Below are positions 24,770 through 36,209 of a DNA stretch of 64,000 bases, piece after piece (positions within the stretch are counted from its first letter, which is position 1; every line of letters starts with the position of its first letter). The notes under the pieces were generated by a model. That model searched no databases. It was not told the DNA's origin and saw only the letters and a list, made by a program, of their open reading frames with translations. Origin of the DNA: Hydrolagus colliei. Lineage: Eukaryota. Location: the NCBI GenBank assembly GCA_035084275.1, contig CM068761.1, positions 682,001-746,000 on the forward strand. The letters run 5' to 3'. A program made the translations under genes and the position numbers.

Positions 24770-25022
24770 CTGGAAGAGAGTTGTGAGTCAAACGCAGAGA
24801 GGAGAGTCTTGAGGCAAGACTTGAAGGAGGCCTGAGAGAGGGCGAGACGGAGAGATTGCGGGATGGAGTTCCAGAGGTTGGGGGCAGAGTGGCTAAAGGC
24901 TCGCCCACCAATGGTGGGGCAGATGGTTTGGGGGATGGGGCATATTTTACACAACAACAACAAAATTACACTTTTATAGCATCTTTCACGTCAGGAGGAC
25001 GTCCCAAGGTGCTGGACAGTCA
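24770..25022 (-). mobile_element. L2 ORF2 C-terminus plus a separate adjacent L2 tail
   Basis: ORF 24766-24963 contains PTIGGRAFSHSAPNLWNSIP..SFKSCLKTLL. The tail at 24951-25022 lies upstream of this on the minus strand, so it is an independent insertion. Confidence 0.85.
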
Positions 25023-25689
25023 CTGTGTCAGATCACCTCATTCACAAACACAAGGCTTATCCCACAAGTTTATCATACATCTTAGAGACTGATATATCTC
25101 AAAAACAATTTGAAAGCAGCAACTGGAGTTGGCAAGGGCTTCGCCCTCAATACTCTACCTGCAGCATTTGACTATGATTTAGTTTGAAGTTTCAAGTAGC
25201 CACTGGCATTCAGTTCTACTAATTCAGTGTGTGAAGAGGTTGTTAATCCTTAAATTGACTGCTCAATAGGATGTCCCACTTAATGGAAGGGAAGCTCCCT
25301 TGTGTGTTACCCGGAATTAATGGTCTTCCTGTTTGTAAGTAGAGCAGTAGCTGAAATTGCAGAGTATTTATTACCCAAATGAAAGAGCAGAGTTCAAATG
25401 CTGGGCTTGACTGATAGTCAAGGGGCCTGATGCTGGCTGGGTAGTATGAGTCTGTCCTTACAAATTAATGCCATTCATATAACTGAACCAGTTTACATCA
25501 ATCAGTAAGTTTTGCTGAGTGAGAAGGTGAGTCATGCGTTTAGTGTCACAAGGCTAAATCTTTGCTTTGATCTCTGATCTTTGCTGTAAGCTGACTTCAG
25601 CCATCATGGCAGAACATGCTGGAGTTGGGCTTTTGTCCACAGTTGAGGATGGGCAACGTGTAATTAGGTTGTGATCCGAGATCATCTAA

Positions 25690-26660
25690 CGTACGTACCT
25701 CAAACAAGGAATTGAATCTTTGGCTTTCTGGTTTGTCTGGCTGACCACAACACTGGGTCGGTGTATGCCTTCACCCAACAAACCCACCGTAAACGCTTGA
25801 TTAAAAACTGCTTCTGACATCGAGTTCCTAGATTGTATCTTGTACTCCATTGCTGCAGGCTTCGTGACTGACACAGATGTGAGCCTGACTAGGAGCCAGG
25901 TTGATCTAATGTTGATCTAATTTTGCATAATATTTTTCTTGATAATAATAGAGTACACATGGATTTTCCCCACGAGCATGTAAACACGGCGGCTATCATC
26001 TCAGGCTGTGCAACTGGCAATATGTTGTTCTGTCATTCTGTCATTGTCATACCAGTGTGGCAGCTGTGACTTGTACTATGCAATTGAAGTGGTTCATTGC
26101 TTTGAGAAGAAGCAATGTGGAGTGTCTGTTATACTGGCTTTCCAGATATCTGTCGAAATGAGAGCTTGTGTTTTGAGACGACTGTCTCCTGTGGTTGATT
26201 GTGGTTCAGGGTCCTGGCTGAGACCTGTGGAGAATGGTTTGGAGGCCCAGTGGGAAATCAATTTGCTCCGCTTACCGTTTGCAGTGGATTGAAGCATTGT
26301 TCGATGAAACAATTTACTATACATTTGAGATTATTTGCATTCATTCGTCTATCATTTGAAGATAGTGACGGCACGTGCCTGAAAATTTTTAAATCAAAGC
26401 CTTTACCCGAGTCTCCTTGTTACAAACACTGCTGATAATACTGATGAACTTGATTGTTGAATTTCGCGCTGCTGGCTGAGGTTATTTCGTTCAACACTCG
26501 ATAGGCAGAATAGGTTATCTCTGTCCTGAGGTGCCAACATTTTCTGAACTTTTGAGTCATGTCGATTAAGCAGATGCCTCGAGACAATCTATGATGAATT
26601 GCTATCTCTATTGAGTAGCGATGCCCACACTCAATATTTAGTGGAAGGTTATCTCTTGTT
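25690..26660 (-). mobile_element. Possible heavily decayed Penelope-like element (RT thumb, linker, GIY-YIG)
   Basis: Weak motifs in the expected order on the minus strand: QCFNPL (~WFNPP), SHSCHTGM (~SYSCMPNM), CSWGKSMCTL (~CNCR..CPL), MEYKI...TVG (~VxY...YIG). Many stops and frameshifts. Confidence 0.3.
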
Positions 26661-26734
26661 GTAAACATGTTGGAATGTATGTGAACGATGTTTAGGAGGA
26701 CAGAGAATCCTCTGCTATAGTTTTAATAGTCTTG

Positions 26735-26794
26735 AAGCGCTCTGAGACGCCGTCCGACTTGGAGGGCACTATATAAATCGATGTTGTTGTTGTT
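26735..26794 (+). mobile_element. L2-type tail of a second subfamily
   Basis: aagcgctctgagacgccgtcc..ggagggcactatataaat..gttgttgttg. Related copies at 29658, 38688 and 62853. Confidence 0.75.
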
Positions 26795-26842
26795 AATATC
26801 GTGCTGAACCTCACATTTAAATAGTGTATTAAATAGCCATTT

Positions 26843-26960
26843 CAATCAATCAATAATTACATTTATATAGCGCCTTTCACATCAGGAGGTGTGAAAGGCC
26901 AAGGCACTGAACAGTCAGATAGCGACCAGAGCAGGGAGGGAGGGGTTGGGGTAGGGGGAA
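26843..26960 (-). mobile_element. L2 3' end
   Basis: caatcaatcaat..atttatatagcgcctttcacatcaggagg..caaggcactgaacagtca, similar to the 17928 copy. Confidence 0.75.
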
Positions 26961-26972
26961 GAAGAGTACGAA

Positions 26973-27045
26973 AATTGACTGTATATTTGTGGGCGAAACG
27001 CGGCAGCCAAATTGCGCACAGCAGTGTCCCACAAACAGTTGCGGA
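26973..27045 (-). mobile_element. SINE middle segment (inverted half of a split copy)
   Basis: rc = ..ctgtttgtgggacactgctgtgcgcaatttggctgccgcgtttcgcccacaaatatacagtcaatt, ending abruptly. Confidence 0.9.
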
Positions 27046-27268
27046 AGTGGGGCCAGGGAAGAAAAGGGGAAAAGAGGGTAAGGGGTAGAGGGAAGGAAAT
27101 GTGGGGTGGGGTAAATTCAGGGAGGAAAAGGGGAGAGTAAGGGGGGAGAGGGAGGGAAAGGTGGGGGGGTTAAAATCAGGGAGAAAGGGGGAAGAGGGAG
27201 GGAAGGGGAAAAGGGGGAGGGAAGAAAAAAAGGGGAAGGGAGAAGGTTAGGGGGCAAAAGGGGGTGGA
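27046..27268. repeat. Purine-rich (G/A) low-complexity tract
   Basis: Dominated by G and A runs on the + strand. Confidence 0.85.
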
Positions 27269-27413
27269 TTAATCAACAACGATAACAACAAAAGCAGTAA
27301 CAATCAACAATAGTCCAGCAACCGCTCCTTGTCCTCCCCGCCCGCCTGGACTATCTTTAAAATGGCGAGAACAGGGCCCAGTGTGGTGACAGGCCCCAAA
27401 ACAGACCGTCTCC

Positions 27414-27590
27414 TCAGCTGGTGTACCCGGTGACTTGGTGACAGCCCTGGTATCTCGGACACGGTGTGTCTGGCCAACTCGCCTGGCAGCACCAGCCCAA
27501 CCGCCTTCTGGATCTCCCGCGACGGGATGGTCCGCGGCTTGCAGCATCGGACTACGTGAAAGGCCTCCCAGGCGAACCGCTCGAAGCCGC
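27414..27590 (-). pseudogene. H2B: Histone H2B fragment (C-terminal half), disabled
   Basis: [44 protein letters not shown], then after a frameshift TRAVTK, an 8-nt insertion, and YTS*. Canonical H2B reads [56 protein letters not shown]. No N-terminal half is present. Confidence 0.9.
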
Positions 27591-27621
27591 ATTTGGGCAA
27601 AGCACAGGCAGGTTGCTGATA

Positions 27622-27730
27622 CAATTCACTTTACAGTCTATACTGTGATCCCTTTGAAATCCAGTCTAGAAGATGTGAAACATGCTGTATCAAATGCAGG
27701 GATCATTATTATTATCATTAGTATTATTAA
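27622..27730 (+). mobile_element. SINE 3' segment and tail (other half of the split copy)
   Basis: Starts caattcactttacagt, where the 26973-27045 piece stops in the consensus. Ends caaatgcagggatcattattatt. Confidence 0.85.
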
Positions 27731-27805
27731 TACTTTCCTGCCCTCAGAAGAGAGATGAGGGAGAGCCATCACAGTTGCTCTCACCATTTTGAGAACCAAC
27801 GGTGA

Positions 27806-28132
<327 letters not shown>

Positions 28133-28569
28133 TAAGGGACATTAGTGTAAGTGCTGATCACTGTGCTACAGTGGTGCAGATCTTTGAACGAGCATTTTGC
28201 ATATAGATTTCTGTGGCAATAGGTGGCTGGTTCAGATACTTGGTAAATTTGTCAACATTTTCCTGAGCCCATTGTCAGGTTCTGGGGTGGATGCAAGCAT
28301 CAAACCCGATGGCTGTTGTTGGTAGTAGAAAACGATTTGGCATTGTTCCCAGTTTTTTGGTTCCTTCAATTTGGATTTTGTGAACTTATATTGGACTGAT
28401 TTATCATTATTAGATTAACAATTGTATTTTTTTTGTTCACTCTCTGGAAGTGAATTAATACCTGGAATGATGAGGTTAATATTCCATGTAGCAATGGGGG
28501 TTATGAAATCATTTTTTTGAAATATTTTAAAATGACAAAAGGAATTGATAAATTGGACAGTGGACTATT

Positions 28570-28845
28570 CTTCCCTCTGAAAGAGGGTTAGATTACAGTA
28601 GTAAGGTAGTAATGGTAATTGAGGTCAGGAAGCCTTTGTTCACAATGCGGTTTATGAAGATATGAAAAGCTCTTCTCCAGAAAGCTGTAGAGGAAGAATT
28701 ACTGGAGATGTCTAAAAGAAAAATGCAGATGTTTGGGTAGTAGAGGCAATGGCATTGAGATTAACAGATCTAAGGTCTAATAAACCTGGTGCAACCGACT
28801 CAATGGGCTGGATGGCCTCCCATTCCTGTTTCCCTATGTTCCTGG
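28570..28845 (+). mobile_element. CR1 LINE 3' remnant
   Basis: ttcacaatgcggtttatg..ctcttctccagaaagctgtagagg and the terminus gactcaatgggctggatggcctcc..cctatgttcct. Confidence 0.65.
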
Positions 28846-29657
28846 TAAAGAGGTGTCTTTGATAGATGGTTGACATTTCACTGGTTTCTTTGTTCATTTT
28901 GAGCAGAGCATAGCAGGAAGTCAATGGAAAACCACACAGGAAGTGCAATATACAGGCTAGATTAAAAAAAGCTATCACGACTTCCTTTGTCAACATATTC
29001 TTGCAAGCTTCAAAAAATAGCGCAAACTTTCAGCGAGACGTTTAAAACCATATCTATGGAGCAGAGCGCGCTTGGAATTGAATGTATTTCAGTGCTGAGG
29101 GATGGGGATAGCTGATGGTAGTTTGAACGGAGTTGATAATCATTCTGAAATAGTACTCTGAATGGAAATTAAGAATTTGCGGGTTTCTCCCAATTGAATG
29201 GGAACCTTTAACCATCCACTGTAACAACAGGCGCTAGTCTCCCATTTGACCTTAGGAAAGGGAAGTTTAAATCAGCTTCTCATCAACAAATTACAATATA
29301 CTTAAAACATTAATGCTGAAAAATTAGTAAATACTAAATAAATGACACCTTCATAATGTTTGGATATCAGGCTTGGTGCTGAACCTTAGCTCCTTTGTGT
29401 ACAATAGTGTGGCTTGGCAATATGTCCCCGAGCACAAATGTTGTGATGTACTAAATCTTGTAAATCCACATCCTTCCGTAGTGATAATGCGCTATACCAA
29501 ACGCAAGGATTTTTCTTATTATTTATAATAAACTGGCCTGTATTGGGGAAATTCATTGAAAAACTTGTGTTCATTGGACCAATTATATTTTGGTTCTCAT
29601 TCCTAACGGAGAGCTCCACCACTGTGAACCGTTTCGAGACACTACACACATAGAAAA

Positions 29658-29713
29658 AAGCGCTCTTAAGACTCCGTCTGGCGTGGAGGGCGCTATATAA
29701 ATTGAAGTTGTTG
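29658..29713 (+). mobile_element. L2-type tail (second subfamily)
   Basis: aagcgctctt..ggcgtggagggcgctatataaattgaagttgttg. Confidence 0.75.
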
Positions 29714-29714
29714 T

Positions 29715-30265
29715 AGAATAATAGAATTATGCAGCCAAACAAGGAGGCCATTAGGCCCATCATATCTGTACCGGCTCTTTGAAAAGAGCTATCCAAATTA
29801 ATCCTACTCCCTCAGTCTCTCCCCATAGCCTTGCAAACTTGTGCTCCCCAAATAATTATCTACTTCTTGCTTAAAAGTTGTTAACAAATTGGCTTCCACC
29901 ATCCTTTCAGTCAATGCATTCTAGATCCGAACAAATTGCTGCGTGAAAACATTTCTTCTCACCTCCCCTCTGTTTCTTTTAAAAACTATTTTAAGTTAGT
30001 GTCCTTGGGTTACCGACCCACGTGCCAGTGGAAGCAGTTTCTCCTTATTCAACCTGTCGAATCCCCTCATAATTTTTTTAAATTTCTATTAAGTCTCCTC
30101 TTAACATTCTCTGTTCTAAGGAGCTTCTCTAGCCTCTCCTCATAACTGAAGTCCCTTATTCCTGATAGCAGCATGGTAAATCTCCTTTGCCTTGACATCC
30201 TTCCTAAAGTGTGGTGCCCAGAACTGAACACAGTACAGTACTCCCAACTGAAGCCTAACATGAAG
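29715..30265 (-). mobile_element. CR1 LINE 3' end
   Basis: Minus strand reads EYC/VQFWAPHFRKDVKA..RRFT..GIRDFSYEERLEKL, a CR1 ORF2 C-terminus. Terminal gatatgatgggcctaatggcctcc hairpin. Confidence 0.9.
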
Positions 30266-31249
30266 GCCACTTCAATTTAAGCTGTTGTTGTTGAGTGCTG
30301 GGTCATCATTATAGTGAACTCAAACACTCGAAAAACGATACTTGTTAGACCTAATCTTCACAGAACAATTCCTTGAGATAAAAGGCATCGGAGAGTATTC
30401 TGCAACTTTGTATGAATCATGTTTATCTCTTATCTGATAGCCACCATCTGATGTACATCACGTGTATCTGCTTTAAATGAAGCATTGTGCTTTTATCTGC
30501 CGTAGCTTACAAAGACAGTATCTTGTCTTTTTGATGTGGTCATTTGACTGAAAGTAACATCTGAATACATTAAAATTGATTTGCTTTAATGCTCCATTTG
30601 AAGATGCAAAACTCCTTTAAACTCAATGTTGATATCTGTAGAAAATGCTGTCCCTTGAGACGTCTTCGTGGCAGAGCAATGCATTGCACCGCAGTGTGGG
30701 ATGGGAGGCTGTATCCACCATTCCTGTTCTCAGCTGCTCCATCTGGAAGTGGTTTTCTCCCGGGTGGAGAGATTGGCAAGCGAGTGCTGGTGTTTGCATT
30801 CCCAGCACCATGTTTATCAGAGGCCTGGGAGCAGGGGAGTCCTTCAAAAAGTGCAGAAAATAACTTCAAATCAATGTGAAATAAATCCCCAGAGTTTATA
30901 TCCCTGCAATTTTTTTTATGAAGTCTAAATGTCTCCCAAGTGCTTCACCGGTAATTGCTGTTGTGCAGTGTCTATTAAATGCCTTTTAAATGAGACTTAC
31001 TAATATGAATTTCTGCAGTTATTTGCCTCAATTTGAATACAAAATATTTTAGTGTAGCCATCCATTAAATGCCTCCTTATATCTACATTATTCACAGGAA
31101 GTCATTTTTAAATTGATGATAACTTAAAGTAAGGTAGAATTTTCCAAAGGTTTCCTCTCTGGGAACATTCAATCATTTTGAAGCACAACTAATTGGGTGT
31201 TGTTTCCCAAGTAGGACACCTGGAATATTTTAGTAGGAAAAGCCACTAT

Positions 31250-31405
31250 CCTCATTCTCATGGACTCCACAAAACATCCAACGACAAATGCACGTATGAG
31301 GGTTTTGGAGGCCTGAGGGATGAAGCAGTTGGACAATGTTACGGTGGTGGAAGAAGGCAGAGCTGGTCGTGGCACGGATATGGGGGAGAAAGGACTTATT
31401 GAAGG
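31250..31405 (-). mobile_element. L2 RT-region fragment
   Basis: PHIRATTSSAFFHHRNI..SKTLIRAFV, the same region as in the 53774 copy. Confidence 0.7.
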
Positions 31406-31424
31406 AATCACAAAGACTAGAGTG

Positions 31425-31555
31425 AGGGGAGAGCCCTCACTGCCATGTTGGCTGAGATTGGCTAGTTCAGTTCCAATTAAATCAAACCTGTGACCTCCCT
31501 GAACAAGTGGTGCAGTATCGTACTGATGAGGTACACTTGCCCACTGAACCATTGA
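31425..31555 (-). mobile_element. LF-SINE-like 5' head
   Basis: rc atggttcagtggg..ggaggtcacaggtttgat..ctagccaatctcagcc..ggcagtgaggg resembles the recalled LF-SINE tRNA-derived head. Confidence 0.55.
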
Positions 31556-32021
31556 TCAGACTCCAGTGTGGTTTATATATTCATTGAGACATTTCACCTT
31601 ATTTCACTGAAATCGTATCAAACGGCATCAGAAGTATTGTAGTGGAAAAATGTTTAAAAGGTATTCTGATTCCTCTTGCTCAGCTCTTTATCCATCAATA
31701 ATGCATAATTCCTGTAGTAATGAACCAAGTTTAATGGCATAATCAAAGTCATCCTCGGCATCAAGTATTTGTTCAGAGGTTAAATACGTCCAATGTCGGA
31801 TCCCAGTGATCCGAAAACTATTGTATGATTTCCTGGAGCTTTATCTGTGTGTTTCACTATGAATTGTTTTGGGATGTTCTGCACTCGTGAAAGGCATTAT
31901 ACAAATGTAATTTGTGGCTGTTAATACTATATACTGGATACACCACCAACCTGCTCCTCTGTGTCCAATGCACTGTTGCTGTCTAGGTCTGTTAATTGAG
32001 GAAAGTTAAAGCCTTCATTTA

Positions 32022-32079
32022 GTAATAATAATAATCCTTGCCTTTGATATTGCGCTTTTCACATCTTCTAGACTTCTCA
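32022..32079 (-). mobile_element. SINE tail
   Basis: aataataataatccttgc.tttgatat.gcgcttttcacatcttctagac. Confidence 0.85.
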
Positions 32080-32405
32080 GTTTCCTGTGGATGTGCGATA
32101 CAACACAATTGCTATTGTTCTTAGTATATTTTATGTGAGGCATTCACACATAAAATGCGATAGACACACTTTTGACCAGATTAGGTTGTGAATAGTGAAC
32201 CGATAATAATAACGGATATAAAAAGTCTTTCACATTAAAAAAATCTAGAAGCAATTTACAAAATATAATTTGTTTGTACAACAACAACAAAATTACATTT
32301 GTATAGGGCCTTTCACATCAAGAAGAAATTAAAATGTTATACCATATATAGGTAGATGGGACAGCCAATCTGCGACAATCTGCGAATCCCCATAAACGGC
32401 GAGAT

Positions 32406-32483
32406 GAACTGCCAGTTTATTTGCATTGGAGGTAATTGGGTGTAGAACTACCAGTTTATTTGTATTAGGGGTAATTAAGTGTA
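32406..32483. repeat. Diverged 39-bp tandem duplication
   Basis: gaactgccagtttatttgcattggaggtaattgggtgta and gaactaccagtttatttgtattaggggtaattaagtgta. Confidence 0.85.
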
Positions 32484-33576
32484 TATTAGGAGAGAAATAA
32501 AGATCATTTGAGGTTTCACTTAAATGCAAAAGAACAGGCCAGCCTTGTAACTAAGTGCAGATACAGCCCCTGGTTTTCTATGTTGAAATGTTAGCTGTTT
32601 CCAAAGATTTACAGTCTCTTTGGGAAGCAGGCGACATTATGACACTCATAAGGAATTGCAGCAAAATTCTTCTTGAATGGAAATAATTCACCTAGATTTC
32701 ACAGTCTTGGTGTTATGAGTTCATGCAGGAAGTTCAGTGCCACCAAGAGGTGAGACACAAGTTTACGCCTTTCTTTTCCACACAGACCTGATCTTGGGTG
32801 GAGTGAAGTAGGATTAAAATCCCCCAAGCCTTTTCCAATTTCAGGGAATTCAATTGCTGGGTAAGTCAACCTGGCACTCTGCACTTCAAGGGCTGGATGT
32901 GGAGTTGCACCCTATAACTTAAGCGATTGCATTGTATGGCAAGCTTGTGTGTGTAGTTTGGACTGTGATATTTTTACTGAAACATTGTGTAAAATGGGTG
33001 AGATATGTTAAAATACTGTATCAAAGGCAAGGGTCTATTTTCTGTATTATGCAGTGCAGAGAAAATGGTGAGTCCTATTGGATGGCACAAAATTAAGACA
33101 CTTGATGTCTGTCTAAAGCAACTTTCATTCTAACTAATGTTAAATGGTTTTGATTCATTGTTGTTTAAAAAAAATTCCATAATGGAGAATTATGACTAAT
33201 TTAAGAAATTAAAAACAATTTGATTTTAACTGCTATTTCTTATTCCATCGGGGAAATCCTCTTGCCAGTTGTTGAATTAGATGAGCTCATGGATTGATGG
33301 CTTTTGCAGACAGCTGAGGCTACAAGCCATTTTCAGAAGTGTTGTGCTATTTGTTAGATGTCTGGTAGGTAAAATAAACATTTGTCTTTCTCTCCACTCT
33401 GGTCATGGTTTTGGCAAGCTGTGTTTGAAGGACAGTATGTGCAGTTCAACCAATGGAGGAAGTAAACATAAGGAAGTTTACAATGGCCTTAGACCAGAAT
33501 GTTGTCCCAGTAGTTGCCAGCTTAGTTAGAGTTATTGCTGGAGTTTCTCTTTCCAACATCAGGTCACACTGAATTC

Positions 33577-33720
33577 ACATCTTCTAGAAGTCTCAAAGCA
33601 CTTCACAGAATATACTGTAAAGTGAATTGACTGTATATTTGTGGGCGAACTGCGGCAGCCAATTGCGGGCAGCAGTGTCCCACAAACAGTCGAGGATTGA
33701 AGTGACCAATTTATTATTGT
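33577..33720 (-). mobile_element. SINE 3' half lacking the terminal tail
   Basis: Reverse complement matches roughly 45300-45440. Confidence 0.9.
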
Positions 33721-35339
33721 TACATGAGATAGTGCAGGAATCTGCTTCCTGTTCAACTGCTTCCTCATGAAGATGGAAGGGGACAAGAAACAAATAAACG
33801 CCCTTGTCCAGGTGTCTGCTGTTCATAATCAGCCAATTTGGTGGTTAATCTTTCTGAAAAATTCTCGATTAATCTGTCCACAAAGTGCACATGCAGCAGC
33901 TGCAAAATAATGAAAGGATTGGAAATGGGGGGAAGGGTTGGAGATCCATTTTTAGTTTTCATTTGTTTTATTGCAAACGAAAAATTTCATTTTTCTTCTA
34001 CACGTATATTCCTGATGTTCCATTGCTCATGTGTAGTGAATTGCCCAAAAGATTGTCCTGACAATTTTGATTGAGATAGCTTCTAAGTAGTGCATTACTG
34101 GGATTGCAGTATAAACTGACTACTCAGAACCTGAGACTGAATTGCTTGGACATTAAAAGATCTGATATCAGAGTATTTGACAAGTGGAGAACCACTCTCA
34201 ACCTCTGATTTGTGCTGTAAGGAGCACGCAGTTACAAAATACAGTGACTACACTTTCGTAAAATTGAATGCAAGGCTTTGAGATCTGACATGAAAGTAAC
34301 TACATCAAAAAAGCTTATTTTCAGAGTACAAATCAGCCTTCCTGATTGCTTTAATTTACTGAATGAAACAAGTGTAGATCGTGCCACGCAACCACCAGAA
34401 AACATGCTGCAACTGACTTCAAGCTGAAGTTGTCCACAATGAAGTTGGAAATCCCCACGTGTTTGATATTAGAAAGTGTCATTTTCCAAAACTAAAATTT
34501 GCTATTTTTACTGGAATGTATATGATCATATACCTGGCTTTCTAAAACCAAGAATATTTCTTAAGTTAATTGTGGCAGACTGCCTGATTAACTGAGTAAT
34601 TGATTTGGCTTCTCGTTAACTTCTGATCTGATGGGCTACTACCCGGATTCTAATAATGTCAAGATGACCTCAGTCACTGGAGTGAATTTTCAAGTGTTGG
34701 AGATTTTCATTTGATTGTTTCAATTACTTGTGGTCATACCTCAAGGGAAAGACCGTCTAAATAATTAGCTTTTAGAAAAGCCTTTTCCGTTGGGAGGAAG
34801 TGTCACTGTTGTACAGCTACCAGCAAGATTTTTAATCAGCTCTGCCACAGTTTCGGAAACTAGGTACTTACAAGATCAATACAAGTTCAATGTCTTGCAA
34901 GAAAGTGGAGCCTGTTGAATTGTGGCTCAACGGTTTGCAGCAGACCTGCTTTGTTGGATATCAGAAGCTGAAACAATTCGTTCTCGTATGTGAGTGCTCA
35001 GGCAAACTACGCTCCCAAGTGAAGCCCTGCAAATTGAGGTGTCCACATTAATATTCATAACTCTGGCTAAGCATTATATTTTATGGAAGTAGAGGTAAAT
35101 GTTATTGCATTGAATCTCAGAGATACAGGTGCTTCTGAAAATAAGTATGTAGAGTAAGAGAGAGTGTACATTCTATTCTATCTATCTCTGGAATTTCCAT
35201 GTGAAGTTGGGATTCTTTGTTTGGTTTGGATACTCTTGAGCACAGTGATGGGTTTCAGCATGTGTCAGACTCCAGACTCACCAACAAAAAACTTTTGTCT
35301 GCTGTATATCTGAGTCAATGTTCTTGTAAAATGGTGGCC

Positions 35340-35670
35340 ACCAGAATCTGAAAGTTGGCAGACAGACAAAAGTATGAGTGAGCGGGCCATTTCTCAGCCG
35401 AGAGATTACAGGAGGGGGAAAACACAAGGCTGGAACGACCTGTGATGCTGTTGTGCATTATTTAGCAGTGACTGACGCCTGGCAGTGGGTCTGGGTCCAA
35501 GCATTGTGCGTGACAATGGGAGCCTAAAACATTGGCATAAAAACAACTTAACATTTGGAACGGAACACAATAAGGTGTGGGGAATAGACAGGAGAATGGT
35601 CTTAATGAGCTAGCACAGGCATGATGGGATGAATGACCTCCTTCTGTGCTTTAATTTTCCACACCTATGT
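35340..35670 (+). mobile_element. Decayed CR1 remnants
   Basis: CR1-like terminus gctagcacaggcatgatgggatgaatgacctccttctgtgct, with a weak RT-like segment upstream. Confidence 0.5.
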
Positions 35671-36209
35671 TCACAAACATATTTTCAGTATTTAAAGATT
35701 AATTTAGAGCTACCTACAATCAGATCAGATTGAACTTTTCCTTGCCAATGTTTGCATTCTGTACTGCATGCTTAGTTGTGAGCAAACTGGTCAATCATTT
35801 GCCTCAAATATTCGGTTGTTAAACCCGACAGTAAATACTATGAAGCACTTTGTCTTTTGATATCAAATGCAAGGATTATTAAATCTTGTTCCCAGACCTC
35901 TTTCAAGTTTGCATCTGTACTAAGCCACAGAGAGGCACGGAAAAGTGATCTGAATGATCCTTATCTGATTAGGAGCTAAGTGTATGTGACGTTGTAGATG
36001 TATAACAGTGTGCGATAACGATGATCCTTGTGTTTGATACAGCACCTTAACACGTCATCGAGACATCTCAAAGCGCTTCACAGAATTTACTGTTCAGCGC
36101 CTCGGGACGTTCTCCCAAGGCGCAGTACAAAGTGTTGCACACTGGACTGTTTGTTGCCAAATACATTATCCACACTGAATATTTAACTATAGTAATTCAG
36201 GGCCTATTT

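Noticed and set aside
27551-27565. acgtgaaaggc inside the H2B fragment resembling the L2 tail
   Set aside because: It is only 11 nt and the H2B frame and spacing are uninterrupted, so it is likely coincidence.
30570-30928. Five overlapping ORFs in a GC-richer patch
   Set aside because: Stop depletion is explained by composition, and no peptide is recognisable. It could be regulatory, but there is no direct evidence.
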